Assembly (NCBI GenBank): GCA_964544265.1
Contig: CAZJBD010000003.1
Coordinates: 1 to 62,935 of the forward strand
Source: an uncultured Eubacteriales bacterium
GTDB taxonomy: Bacteria > Acidobacteriota > Aminicenantia > Aminicenantales > Saccharicenantaceae
Direction: 5' to 3'
Length of the DNA: 62,935 nt
Below are positions 35,610 to 45,200 of the stretch, one piece after another; the first letter of the stretch is position 1, and each line of letters opens with the position of its first letter. Under the pieces are notes generated by a model, which was not told where the DNA came from, searched no databases, and worked only from the letters and a program-made list of their open reading frames with translations. The position numbers were made by a program, and so were the translations under genes.

Positions 35610-36341
35610 ATGACCAAAGTCGAACTCCCTGAATCCCCGTACAAAGACGTCGAATTTCTGGACTCGCTCGAAGGCCGGACTCTCCGGATTCTGAGCGAAT
35701 ACCTGGGACCCATGGCCCGGCTGGACAAGGCTAAGGTCAACAGCACCGTCCTCTTTCTGGGTTCATCCCGGGCCAACCCGAGCCATGCCGATACCGTCTT
35801 CACGAGATATTACTGGGAGGCTGAGGAACTGGCTTATCTTCTGGCAAAATGGGCCATCCCGCTCAAGCCCAAAGGCAAGAATTTCGTCGTCTGCACGGGC
35901 GGCGGCCCGGGCATCATGGAAGCAGCCAACCGGGGAGCCCAGCGGGCCGGCGGCAAGACGATAGGCATGAACATCTCTCTGCCCCAGCCTCAAGACCTTA
36001 ATCCCTTTATCAGCCCGGAGCTGTCGTTCGCCTTCCATTATTTTTTCATGAGGAAGTTCTGGCTCGTCTACAAGGCCAAGGCCGTGGTGGCCTTTCCCGG
36101 CGGATTCGGCACCCTCGATGAGTTTTTTGAGATCCTCACCCTCGTCCAGACCAGCAAGATCTCAAGGAAAGAGATGATCCTTGTCCTCTACGGTGAGAAC
36201 TACTGGAAAAAGATCATCGATTTTGACGCGCTGGTGAAGTTCGGAGCCATCACTGCCGAAGACCGTAAGCTCTTCACGGTTTTATCCGATCCCCGAAAGA
36301 CTTTCACATTCCTTAAGAAAAAACTTCTGGGCTGTCTGTGA
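35610..36341 (+). CDS. LOG/TIGR00730-family nucleotide 5'-monophosphate nucleosidase-like protein
   Basis: TGGGPGIMEAANRGA and FPGGFGTLDEF motifs. Confidence 0.8.
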   Translation: MTKVELPESPYKDVEFLDSLEGRTLRILSEYLGPMARLDKAKVNSTVLFLGSSRANPSHADTVFTRYYWEAEELAYLLAKWAIPLKPKGKNFVVCTGGGPGIMEAANRGAQRAGGKTIGMNISLPQPQDLNPFISPELSFAFHYFFMRKFWLVYKAKAVVAFPGGFGTLDEFFEILTLVQTSKISRKEMILVLYGENYWKKIIDFDALVKFGAITAEDRKLFTVLSDPRKTFTFLKKKLLGCL

Positions 36342-36365
36342 TGGCCCCTGTGAATTTCAATTTCG

Positions 36366-37937
36366 CTATCGGCGGACTGGATAGTGCATCGGGTCCGGCA
36401 GGGGCTTGCGGGGAAGCATCTCGTCGCGCATAGCCGTGTTGTAGACGAAAGCGGCCATGACCACTGCCGCCTGCATCAGGTCCTCGACGATCAGGTGGTC
36501 GAAGACGTCCATATTCGTGTGGTGAACGCGGGTGCCATAGTCAAGCGGGTCTTGGATGAACTGGAAGGCCGGCAGCCCGATATAGTCGAGGGCGCCATGG
36601 TCCGACCCCCCTGTATCGCGCATGACGACTTCTGTCGCCCCCAGGTCGTGGAACGGTTTCAACCACTCCTCGAAGATGGGCTTTACGGCGACGTTCGTCT
36701 GGGCGTAGATCCCCCGAATCCTGCCGCTGCCGTTATCGAAGTTGAAGTAACCCGCCAGTTTGGCGTGTTCGGGCTTGAGGCTCATCTTGGCCGGATCGCC
36801 AAAGTGCTTTTCGACATAGGCTCTGGATCCGACCCATCCCTTCTCCTCGGCGCTCCAGAGGACGACTCGGACGGTTCGGCGAGGTTTAATCCCTAACGCC
36901 CGGAGGATGCGCACCGCCTCGAGCGAAACGGCACAGCCGGCTGCGTCGTCCGCCGCCCCCGTACCCGGGCTCCAGGAATCGATGTGGCCGCCAAGCATGA
37001 CGACCTCGTCGGCCTTGTCGTTGCCCGGGATCTCGCCCACGACGTTATAGCCGCGAAGGTCCTTGTCGAAGAATTCTGTCCGAACCTCGACCTCCATCTT
37101 GGCCGGCTCCTTGAATTCCTCGATGATCCGGTAGACGCGGTTGTAGTGCTCGGCGGCAAGGATGATCTCTGGCAAGGGACGGGGCCGCTTCGGATCGCGG
37201 GCCTGGCGGACGCCCCGGGCCGTAACCGTTCCGTATTCGCGCCGGACGGCTCCGCTCGAGGACACCAGAACCCCGACGCCCTCGGAACGGAAAAAGTCCT
37301 CAAGCTCATCGGCGAAACCGCGGACGTAATCCGGGTCGGGAGGCCTCGCGGCCCGAACGGGCGTTTCGGCAAGGGCGGTTAGGCTCACGGCGTCGTGGCG
37401 CTTGGCGTCTGGCGTGAACTGAGTCGGCACGGGTTTCGGCGGCTCATGAAGGATGATCCTGCCTCCCAGCTTGCCCTGGTATTTGGGGAAGTCGTCCTTC
37501 GACCGGATATCGACATAAATCGGCTGTCCGCTGATCTTTCCTGCAGTGCTCGATCCCCATTCAACCGAGATAGCGATGAGGGGCGCGTAATGCGGCTCGA
37601 TGAGGTGGGCGGAGACGTAACGGAGAACCCAGCCGACTCCGAAATCGTCGTAGGGCTCGAGGGCGACATTCTTCATGCCCCATTCCTGCATTTTTGCGGC
37701 CGCCCATCTGTTAGCCCGGTCGATCTCCGGCGAGCCGGTTGGGCGGGGCCCGATGACGTCGGAAAGGAAGGCGGCCAGCTTACCGACTTGACTGTGCTGC
37801 AATCCCTCGTAGCGGATCCTATTCATCATACCCAGGTCTGGCTTATCCTGGGGGGCGAAAGGGCCTAGGGAGAAGACGGCAACGGCCGCCGCCGAAAGAA
37901 GAATGAGGAATCTGGTCAATAGCCGTCGAGCTCGCAT
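36366..37937 (-). CDS. M28 family peptidase, secreted
   Basis: GGHIDSW, ADDAAGC, SAEEKGWVGS. Signal peptide MRARRLLTRFLILLSAAAVAVFS. AAGGAGG upstream. Confidence 0.8.
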   Translation of the reverse strand: MRARRLLTRFLILLSAAAVAVFSLGPFAPQDKPDLGMMNRIRYEGLQHSQVGKLAAFLSDVIGPRPTGSPEIDRANRWAAAKMQEWGMKNVALEPYDDFGVGWVLRYVSAHLIEPHYAPLIAISVEWGSSTAGKISGQPIYVDIRSKDDFPKYQGKLGGRIILHEPPKPVPTQFTPDAKRHDAVSLTALAETPVRAARPPDPDYVRGFADELEDFFRSEGVGVLVSSSGAVRREYGTVTARGVRQARDPKRPRPLPEIILAAEHYNRVYRIIEEFKEPAKMEVEVRTEFFDKDLRGYNVVGEIPGNDKADEVVMLGGHIDSWSPGTGAADDAAGCAVSLEAVRILRALGIKPRRTVRVVLWSAEEKGWVGSRAYVEKHFGDPAKMSLKPEHAKLAGYFNFDNGSGRIRGIYAQTNVAVKPIFEEWLKPFHDLGATEVVMRDTGGSDHGALDYIGLPAFQFIQDPLDYGTRVHHTNMDVFDHLIVEDLMQAAVVMAAFVYNTAMRDEMLPRKPLPDPMHYPVRR

Positions 37938-37946
37938 GATGCCTCC

Positions 37947-40103
37947 TTAGTATGATTTGATGACTGCGGCGTCGACCCAATAGATGTCGCCTCCCCGGGT
38001 GAAAAAGAGGAAACGGCCGTCGGGCGACAGCATCTGGCAGTTCTCCCCGCTTTTTGGAGAACAGACGCCGGACCCCAGCTTGACGAGAGGAGTCCAGGTT
38101 CCGTTCGGCCCCTTTAATGAGAGGAAAAGATCGGCCGGGCTCGTCTTTTCATCGCGGCTGGTGGAGACGATTAGGTAGCTCTCGTCCGGTGAGATGAGCG
38201 TGTCGCCCTCGAAACCGGTCGAGTTTACGGGCGGGGGCAGGCATTCCGCTTGAACGAAGCGTCCTTCGACCGGGCGGGCCCGCCAAATGTCGGGGAGTCC
38301 CGGGCCGCCCGGCCTCCGGGATTGAAAGTAAATCGTCCCGTCCTTGGTTAATGAGGGGTAGAATTCGTCGGTTGAGGAATTGACCGGTGCGCCCAGATTC
38401 GTCGGCTCGGCCCATCCTTCGGCCGCACGCTCCGCGATCCAGATGTCGAAGTCTTTCGGAGGGCCGCTTTGCCCTTCCAAAGGACGGTTGGAGCAGAAGT
38501 AGAGCCGGCGACCGTCGGCGGTTATAAACAAATCGACGTCGCTCCAGCGGCCGGAAAAGGAAGCCGGCCGGGGCGAACTCCAAAACCCGTTTTCGAGCTT
38601 CATCATCATAATGGTCCACTGGCCGGATCCGCCACGGATCGTGAAATAAAATTCTTTCCCGTCCGGCGTGAAGACCGAATTGAGTTCGTCTTTTTCCGTA
38701 GAAACGATCCCCGGGGCGAACATTCGGGGCGATAAACCCGGCGGCGTCTGGTCGAGATAGGGCCCGGCTAGGGAGGGGAATTTCGCAGCCGGCGCCTTCC
38801 CGGTCGGCGACAGAAGGTCGGCGATTTCAGTCAAACCCTGGCGGACGGCAATATCGAGGGGAGTGTTTCCGTACACGTTACGGACGCGGGCGTCGACCTT
38901 TTTGGCGAGCAGGAGTTTGACGATCTCTTGGTCGGCTGCCAGGACAGCCCGATGGAGGGGGGTGCAACCCATATCGTCCAATGTTTCGGCGGCCGCCCCG
39001 CGCCCAAGAAGGGCTTCCACGCACTCCCGCTTTCCGTTTTCAACGGCCATGGCCAGGGGCGTCCTTCCATTTGTCGAGCGCGGATCCAGCCGGGCGCCTT
39101 TATCGACCAGAAGCCGGACGACGGCGGCGTGACCTCCTAGGGCCGCGACGTGGAGGGGGGTATATCCCAGAATGGAGTCCGCACCATCAATTAATGCCTT
39201 ATGGTCGATGAGCAGAGCTGCCGTCGTCAGGTCCCCCCCGACGCAGGCAATCGCCAATGGAGAGATGCCCTCTGCGTCCTTCCAGTTTACGTCCGCCCCG
39301 GCTTCGACGAGAAATCTGGCCGCTTCGCCCTGCTTTGCCCAGAGGGCTTCTTCGAGAGGCGAGCGGCCGTATTCGCCGGGTGCGTTTATCTGTTCCGGAT
39401 TCCGGTCGAGGATTGTCTTGAGAGCCGGGATATCTCCCTTTTTTGCCGCTTCGTGAATTCCCTCGGGCGGCGGGAAAGGGGATATGTTTTTATTTTTGAC
39501 TTTAAAAATATAGATATCGTCTTCGGGGAGAAAGGTCTCGAGCTTGGCCAGCGTGTATCCGGCGAGGCCGGCGTTTTTTATGATCTCGTTCTTCGCAGAC
39601 TCCCGGTTGTAACTCTTCGATTCGATGACCGCCAGGACGCCGCCGGGCTTCAGGGCGGGGGCAATGTTCCTGAAGATGTCGACCGGTCTGCCGAGATGGC
39701 GGTAAGTGAAGGTGAGGTAGACCGCATCGAGTTTCCCTGGCGGGAATCGGGGATCCGTCAAGGTTCCCTGGATGACTTCCATATTCTGGATTTTCTCCCG
39801 GACGCAGCGCTCTCGCATATAGGCTAGGGCGGATTCGCTGATGTCGTTGGCGAAAACCCGCCCCGCGTCTCCAACCCTGCGGGCGACCTTGACGGCCACT
39901 CGGCCGCCTCCCGCGCCCACTTCTCCGACATACATGCCGGCCTTAATGCCTATGACATCCATGATCTTTTCGGTTGGCTGGTTCTTCTCAAAAGCCTCCT
40001 CATCGATCTTGGCCCAATTGTATTCCTGTGGTCGCGGAAGAAGAGGAAGAACGAGAAAGCCGAAGGCGAAGAGAGACGGAAGCCGTCTATTTATGCGGAT
40101 CAT
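37947..40103 (-). CDS. Fusion protein: N-terminal signal/anchor, class I SAM methyltransferase, ankyrin repeats and TolB-like PD40 beta-propeller
   Basis: ATG 40103 (AAAAGGAG 8 nt upstream) gives MIRINRRLPSLFAFGFLVLPLL. SAM motif I is VGEVGAGGG. About 5-6 ankyrin repeats (GYTPLHVAALGGHAAVVRLLVDKGA and others). PD40 repeats include FTPDGKEFYF, ITADGRRLYF, LTKDGTIYF and LSPDGRFLFF. The longer 824-aa ORF start overlaps the luxR-like gene and was rejected. Confidence 0.75.
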   Translation of the reverse strand: MIRINRRLPSLFAFGFLVLPLLPRPQEYNWAKIDEEAFEKNQPTEKIMDVIGIKAGMYVGEVGAGGGRVAVKVARRVGDAGRVFANDISESALAYMRERCVREKIQNMEVIQGTLTDPRFPPGKLDAVYLTFTYRHLGRPVDIFRNIAPALKPGGVLAVIESKSYNRESAKNEIIKNAGLAGYTLAKLETFLPEDDIYIFKVKNKNISPFPPPEGIHEAAKKGDIPALKTILDRNPEQINAPGEYGRSPLEEALWAKQGEAARFLVEAGADVNWKDAEGISPLAIACVGGDLTTAALLIDHKALIDGADSILGYTPLHVAALGGHAAVVRLLVDKGARLDPRSTNGRTPLAMAVENGKRECVEALLGRGAAAETLDDMGCTPLHRAVLAADQEIVKLLLAKKVDARVRNVYGNTPLDIAVRQGLTEIADLLSPTGKAPAAKFPSLAGPYLDQTPPGLSPRMFAPGIVSTEKDELNSVFTPDGKEFYFTIRGGSGQWTIMMMKLENGFWSSPRPASFSGRWSDVDLFITADGRRLYFCSNRPLEGQSGPPKDFDIWIAERAAEGWAEPTNLGAPVNSSTDEFYPSLTKDGTIYFQSRRPGGPGLPDIWRARPVEGRFVQAECLPPPVNSTGFEGDTLISPDESYLIVSTSRDEKTSPADLFLSLKGPNGTWTPLVKLGSGVCSPKSGENCQMLSPDGRFLFFTRGGDIYWVDAAVIKSY

Positions 40104-41124
40104 GGTCGAGCTCCTTTTGCCAATCATTGGAATTCCCGGCCGGCTTATCCCCTGCTTCCCGGGCGCGGTTCTCGACGAGGCGGGCCAGCTCGAAACGGTT
40201 CTTGACTCCGAACTTATGGAATAGGTTATAGACGTGGTTTTTGACAGTGTGGTAGGAAATGAAGAGTTCCCGTTCGATATCCCGGTTGCTTTTCCCGGCC
40301 AGGATAAGACCCAAAATGTCCCGCTCGCGTTTTGAGACGTCAAACGTCCGGCAAACCGTATCGAGATCGGCCGCTCCGACGGCGGGCCGGCCGGCCTTCG
40401 CAAGCCCAAGGCGCTCCTCATAAGCCCGGAAAAAGATCCGGAGCCAAACGACGGGAACTGCGTTCAGAAAGAGAATAAAAAAGAAGGCCCGGACGACGGG
40501 GGGGACCAGAAGGAATAGAGGAATGATCAGATAACGGGCTAGGTAGAAGGCCGCGAACGATTTTCCCAGCCGGGCCCTGACAGAATCGGCGACGCCCGCG
40601 CTTTTGCGCCAGAGACGCACGAGCAGGACGATTTCCAGAATTATAAAGACCACCGCGAAGCTGTCGTAAACCTCGTAATGGACCTTTGACAAGAATCCTT
40701 TTTCGGGAACCAGCCATTTGATGCCATAGCCGGCGATCAAAACCGTCACCCCGGCCAAGTAGCATTTAACCAGGAACCGCGAGGCGGGCCTCTCCAGGAT
40801 CCCGGACACGACCCATAAAACTGCGAGGACCATGCCGGCGCAGATGATATAGGCGAGAATCATCCAGACGTCGTCGAGGAGTTCCCATGGCGGCGTTTTC
40901 CATGCGGGCGGCAAATTGAGTGCCGAGTACCTGTTGAGGAAAAGCAGCCAGATAGCGACGTTCATCAAAATGACGTGAAGGGCAAGGGGTTTGAGGAACT
41001 CAACCGCTGTCGACCGGGCTTTCTGAAAGATGTGGAAGGCCACGCGGGCGCCGATGACAAGGTTGATGACCAGGCCCAGCAGCTTCAGATGATCGATCAT
41101 GAATTCGTCCGCTTCGTCCCCCAT
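40087..41124 (-). CDS. Membrane-embedded LuxR/GerE-family transcriptional regulator
   Basis: About 7 TM segments followed by SKRERDILGLILAGKSNRDIERELFISYHTVKNHVYNLFHKFGV (HTH_LuxR). The start is uncertain (TTG 41169, ATG 41124, ATG 41100). The 3' end overlaps the next gene by 17 nt. Confidence 0.7.
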   Translation of the reverse strand: MGDEADEFMIDHLKLLGLVINLVIGARVAFHIFQKARSTAVEFLKPLALHVILMNVAIWLLFLNRYSALNLPPAWKTPPWELLDDVWMILAYIICAGMVLAVLWVVSGILERPASRFLVKCYLAGVTVLIAGYGIKWLVPEKGFLSKVHYEVYDSFAVVFIILEIVLLVRLWRKSAGVADSVRARLGKSFAAFYLARYLIIPLFLLVPPVVRAFFFILFLNAVPVVWLRIFFRAYEERLGLAKAGRPAVGAADLDTVCRTFDVSKRERDILGLILAGKSNRDIERELFISYHTVKNHVYNLFHKFGVKNRFELARLVENRAREAGDKPAGNSNDWQKELDHDPHK

Positions 41125-41313
41125 CTTACGGCTGTCGAAATCGCCCGTCAAGACGGGAAACGGGTTCAAATTAGGCCAAAGGCCGCTAGTAAACTGGTCT
41201 CATTTTTTAAGATTAGCACCGGTTCCTCATATAACTCGCTGCTTTTTTTCGTTAAGAAGAGTGTCCCGTATGCGCGTCCTCCCCTTGCGAGGGACGAAGT
41301 AAAGGAGAATGAT

Positions 41314-42198
41314 ATGGAGCTAAGCATCAATAATCTTTCCAAGACCTACCCGAACGGTGTCCAGGCCCTGCGGGAGGTCGGCCTCACGCTCGGCGATGGA
41401 ATGTTCGGTTTGCTGGGGCCCAACGGCGCCGGGAAGACGACTCTCATGCGCATCATCGCCACCCTCCAGTCGCCAGACGCAGGAGCTGTCTCCCTGGACG
41501 GCCTGGACGTCCTTCGCCGCAAGCTCGACGTCCGAAAAATCCTTGGTTATCTACCCCAGGATTTCGGCGTCCATCCCGAAGTCACGGCTGAGCGGATGCT
41601 GGATCACATTGCCATGCTCAAAGGCCTCTCGGATCGTCGGGCCCGTCGCGAAGAGGTCCGCTCGATCCTCCACCTGACCAACCTCCAAGACGTCCGCCGG
41701 CGGAAGCTGGGCAGTTTTTCAGGCGGCATGAAGCAGCGCTTCGGGATCGCCCAGGCGCTCCTGGGATCGCCCCGCCTCCTCATCGTGGACGAGCCGACCG
41801 CCGGCCTCGACCCCGAGGAGCGGCTTCGCTTCCATAACATCTTGAGCGAGATCAGCGCGGACCGGATCGTCATCCTCTCGACCCATATCGTGGACGACGT
41901 CCGGCAGCTCTGCAGTCGGATGGCCGTGTTGCACAAGGGGCGAATCCTTCTGGCCGGCCGAACCGAAGACGCCATCCATCGTTTTTCCGGCAGGATCTGG
42001 CGCAGGATCATCCGCAGGGAGGAAGCGGCCGATTTCGACGGCCGCTTCAACATCCTGGTCAGCCGGATGTTCGCCGGAAACCTGGAGATCGAGGTCCTTT
42101 CCGATCAAAGGCCCGAGGGCTTCGAGCCGGCCGAAGCGGACCTTGAGCACGTCTATTTCGCTGCGGTCAAAGGCGTGGCCGAGCGCCCAGCCTCCTGA
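41314..42198 (+). CDS. ABC transporter ATP-binding protein (ABC-2 subfamily)
   Basis: ATG 41314 with AAAGGAGAA upstream. Walker A GPNGAGKTT, signature FSGGMKQR, Walker B LLIVDEPTAGLD. Confidence 0.9.
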   Translation: MELSINNLSKTYPNGVQALREVGLTLGDGMFGLLGPNGAGKTTLMRIIATLQSPDAGAVSLDGLDVLRRKLDVRKILGYLPQDFGVHPEVTAERMLDHIAMLKGLSDRRARREEVRSILHLTNLQDVRRRKLGSFSGGMKQRFGIAQALLGSPRLLIVDEPTAGLDPEERLRFHNILSEISADRIVILSTHIVDDVRQLCSRMAVLHKGRILLAGRTEDAIHRFSGRIWRRIIRREEAADFDGRFNILVSRMFAGNLEIEVLSDQRPEGFEPAEADLEHVYFAAVKGVAERPAS

Positions 42199-42218
42199 GG
42201 TCCGAAAGGAGACTTCCG

Positions 42219-45200
42219 ATGTTTTATCGCATTTTTTCATTCGAATTCAGGCTCCGGGCGCGGCGAATTTCGACGGCCCTCTTTTTCGTCCTCTTCCTCA
42301 TCATCGGATATATGGCCATCGTCCGAGGGAGCGGGCCGATCAAATTGATGAGCGGCCTTTCTTCCGGTATCACCGATACGAGTGCTCCCTACGTCCTCCA
42401 CTTCCTGATTAACATCATGGGCTATGCGGGAACGCTCATCTCCAGCGCCGTCTTCGGCCAGGCCGGGCTCCGAGATTTCCGGGACCGAACCCAGGGCCTG
42501 GTCTTTTCCTATCCCATCCGAAAGACCGAATACCTGGCCGGACGGTTCGCGGCCGCTTTTACCGCGGCGACAGCGATATTCGCCGGGACAGGACTCGGGG
42601 CATGGCTGGGAGGCGCGGCGCCGCTCTTTAAATCAGCTACGAACGGACCGGCTCGGCCGGCCGCCTACCTCCTCCCCTATCTCGCCGGCCTCTTGCCGAC
42701 GCTCCTCATCATGGGCGCGCTCTTTTTTACCCTAGCCCTGCTCACTAGAAGAATGCTTCCCGTCTATGCGGGCGGCGTCGCAATCATGGTCCTCCATCTC
42801 ATGGGAGGCACGTTGGCTATGAGGACGGGAACCCGGCTGGCCGGTGCGCTCATCGATCCCTTCGGTGAGTTCGCCGCCAGGAATATCTATGGAATGTGGA
42901 GCCTGGCCGAGCGGAACGAACGGCTGGTTTCTCTGTCGGGGCCGTACCTTCTTAACCGGCTGATCTGGTCGGCCGCCGCCGTATTGATCCTGGCCGTTCT
43001 CTGGCACCGGTTCCAGTTCCGCGAGATCGAAGAGTCTAGAGGCGCTCGCGAAGAACGCTCTCTCGACAGGGCTGACGATGAAGTCGTCCGGGATGAGGTC
43101 GTTCCGGTCGTCCTCCGTTTCGATTTTTTAACCCGGATCCGGCAGACGCTCGCCGGTGCGGCCTTCGAGTTCGGGGGCATTGTCCGGAGTACGGCCTTCC
43201 TGGTTATCCTTCTTCTCATCTCGATCCTGCAGTTTATCGTAAGCTTCCGCAACATCGGGCTCGTCCGCGAGACGACCGCCTATCCGCTCACCTCCCAGGT
43301 CCTCGATACGGGATTCGCCATGCTCCATCCAGCCCTTCTCCTGGTGATCCTTTTCTGCTCGGGCGAGCTAATCCGGCGAGATAGGGCCCGCAAGGTCAAC
43401 GCCCTCCTCGATGCCGCACCGGTCCCCGAAGGCGTCTTCTTTTTAGGGAAAGCCGCAGCCCTCGTCGCCGTGACGGGCGTTATCATCGCCATAGCCATGG
43501 CGAACGGCATGGTCGTCCAGGTTATCCAGGGCTGGACCCGATTCCAACCCGGACTCTACCTGACCGAGCTCTTCGGCGTGCGATTCGTCTATTTCTCCCT
43601 CATCGCGATCTTCGCGTTGTTCGCCCAGGTCGTGGCCGGCAATCGCGCCTTGGGATACCTCATCGTGCTGCTGTTTACGGACGACTTGCCGGCCATTATT
43701 GGGCTGGAACACCGGCTCTGGACATTCGGCCTGACGCCGCCCTATATCTATTCCGACCTGAACGGCTATGGACCGTTCGCCAGAGCCATCTTTTTCTACA
43801 ACCTCTATTGGCTGTTTGCGGCCGTCCTGGTCATCGTAGCGGCCCTCCTCTTTTATGCCCGGGGAGAGGACGCAGGATTGAAATCCCGCCTCCGAGACAT
43901 TCGGTCGAGGTGGACGCCTCTGAAACGGGCAGCCGTGGGCGCAGGAGCAATCGGCTGCGCGGTCTTCGGCGGATGGATCGTCTACAACACGACCGTGCTC
44001 AACCGGTTTGAGTCTGCGGCCTGGGAAGAGAGACGTTCGGCGGATTATGAAAAAACATTCAAAGCCTACGAGCACCAGCCGCAGCCGCGGGCGACCGACC
44101 TCTCCTGGAACGTGGATCTCTATCCCGAGGAACGCCGGGTTGTCTCGCGCGGCGTCATGACCTTTGCCAACAAAACGGATGGCCCGATTGAGGAGGTCTT
44201 CGTGCAGACGCCGCGCAATGCACGGGTCAAAGGGCTCGACCTCGGCCGTCCGGCTGTCGTCCGTGTGGAGCCTTCTCTTCAGGGCGTTAGGATTCTGAAG
44301 CTGGCCGAGCCGATCGGACCGGGAGAACCGGTGCGGATTGCGTTCGACCTCGAAGTCGTGGAGAAAGGCTTCAAGGACCACGGAGTCAACACCGGCCTGG
44401 TTCGGAACGGGACGTTCCTGGATAATCGGCACCTGCTCCCCTCGCTCGGCTACAGCCGGTTCGGAGAACTCGAGGGCAACTCGGCCCGAAAAAGGCAGGG
44501 GCTTGCGCCTCGCCGCAGGCTTCCGGCTGCCGACGAGCCGGGAGCGCAAATGTCAACGATCATCGGTCCGGACTTGGATTGGATCCGGTTCCAGGCGGTC
44601 TTGAGCACGAGCAAAGATCAAATTGCTTTGACGTCCGGAGACCTCGTCGAAACCTGGGAGAAGGACGGGCGGCGCTATTTCAGGTATGAAGCCCGGGATC
44701 GAATCCTCAAGTACCTGCCGTTCTTATCGGCTTCCTATGTAGTCCGAAAAGACCGCTGGGGAAAGGTCGCGATCGAAATCTATTATCATCCTGGGCATGA
44801 CTTTAATGTCGCGCGCATGATCGAGACGGCCAAAACGTCGCTCCGGGTGTTTTCGGAAAAGTTCGGCCCCTACCCCTTCGATGCGGTCCGTATCGTCGAG
44901 TTCCCCAGATACGAGCTTTCCGCCGAGGCCTTCCCCGGAGTCGTTCCCGTCTCTGAGGGCTACGGCTTTATCGCCAGGCATAGGGGACCCGGCGTAGAGG
45001 AATTGGTCCGGGTCATCGCCCATGAAATCGCCCACCAGTGGTGGGGAATGCAAATGATCGGCGCCGGGGTCGAGGGTGAATTCTTCATCTGCGAAACATT
45101 GGCCCAGCATTCCGCCTTGATGGTCCTCCGCGGCGGGTATAGCGAGGCGACGCTGGCCGATTACATGAATACGAGGATCGACCGTTATCTGCGGGGTCGG

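Noticed and set aside
40104-40421. N-terminal 106-aa extension of the 824-aa ORF
   Set aside because: It overlaps the HTH-coding part of the luxR-like gene in another frame and is S/T/R-rich. ATG 40103 has a well-spaced AAGGAG and yields a signal-like N-terminus.
40975-41313. N-terminal 113-aa extension of the ABC ATPase ORF
   Set aside because: It runs through the antisense of the luxR-like gene start and the AT-rich divergent promoter region. ATG 41314 has AAAGGAGAA upstream and gives a normal ABC N-terminus (MELSINNLSKTY).
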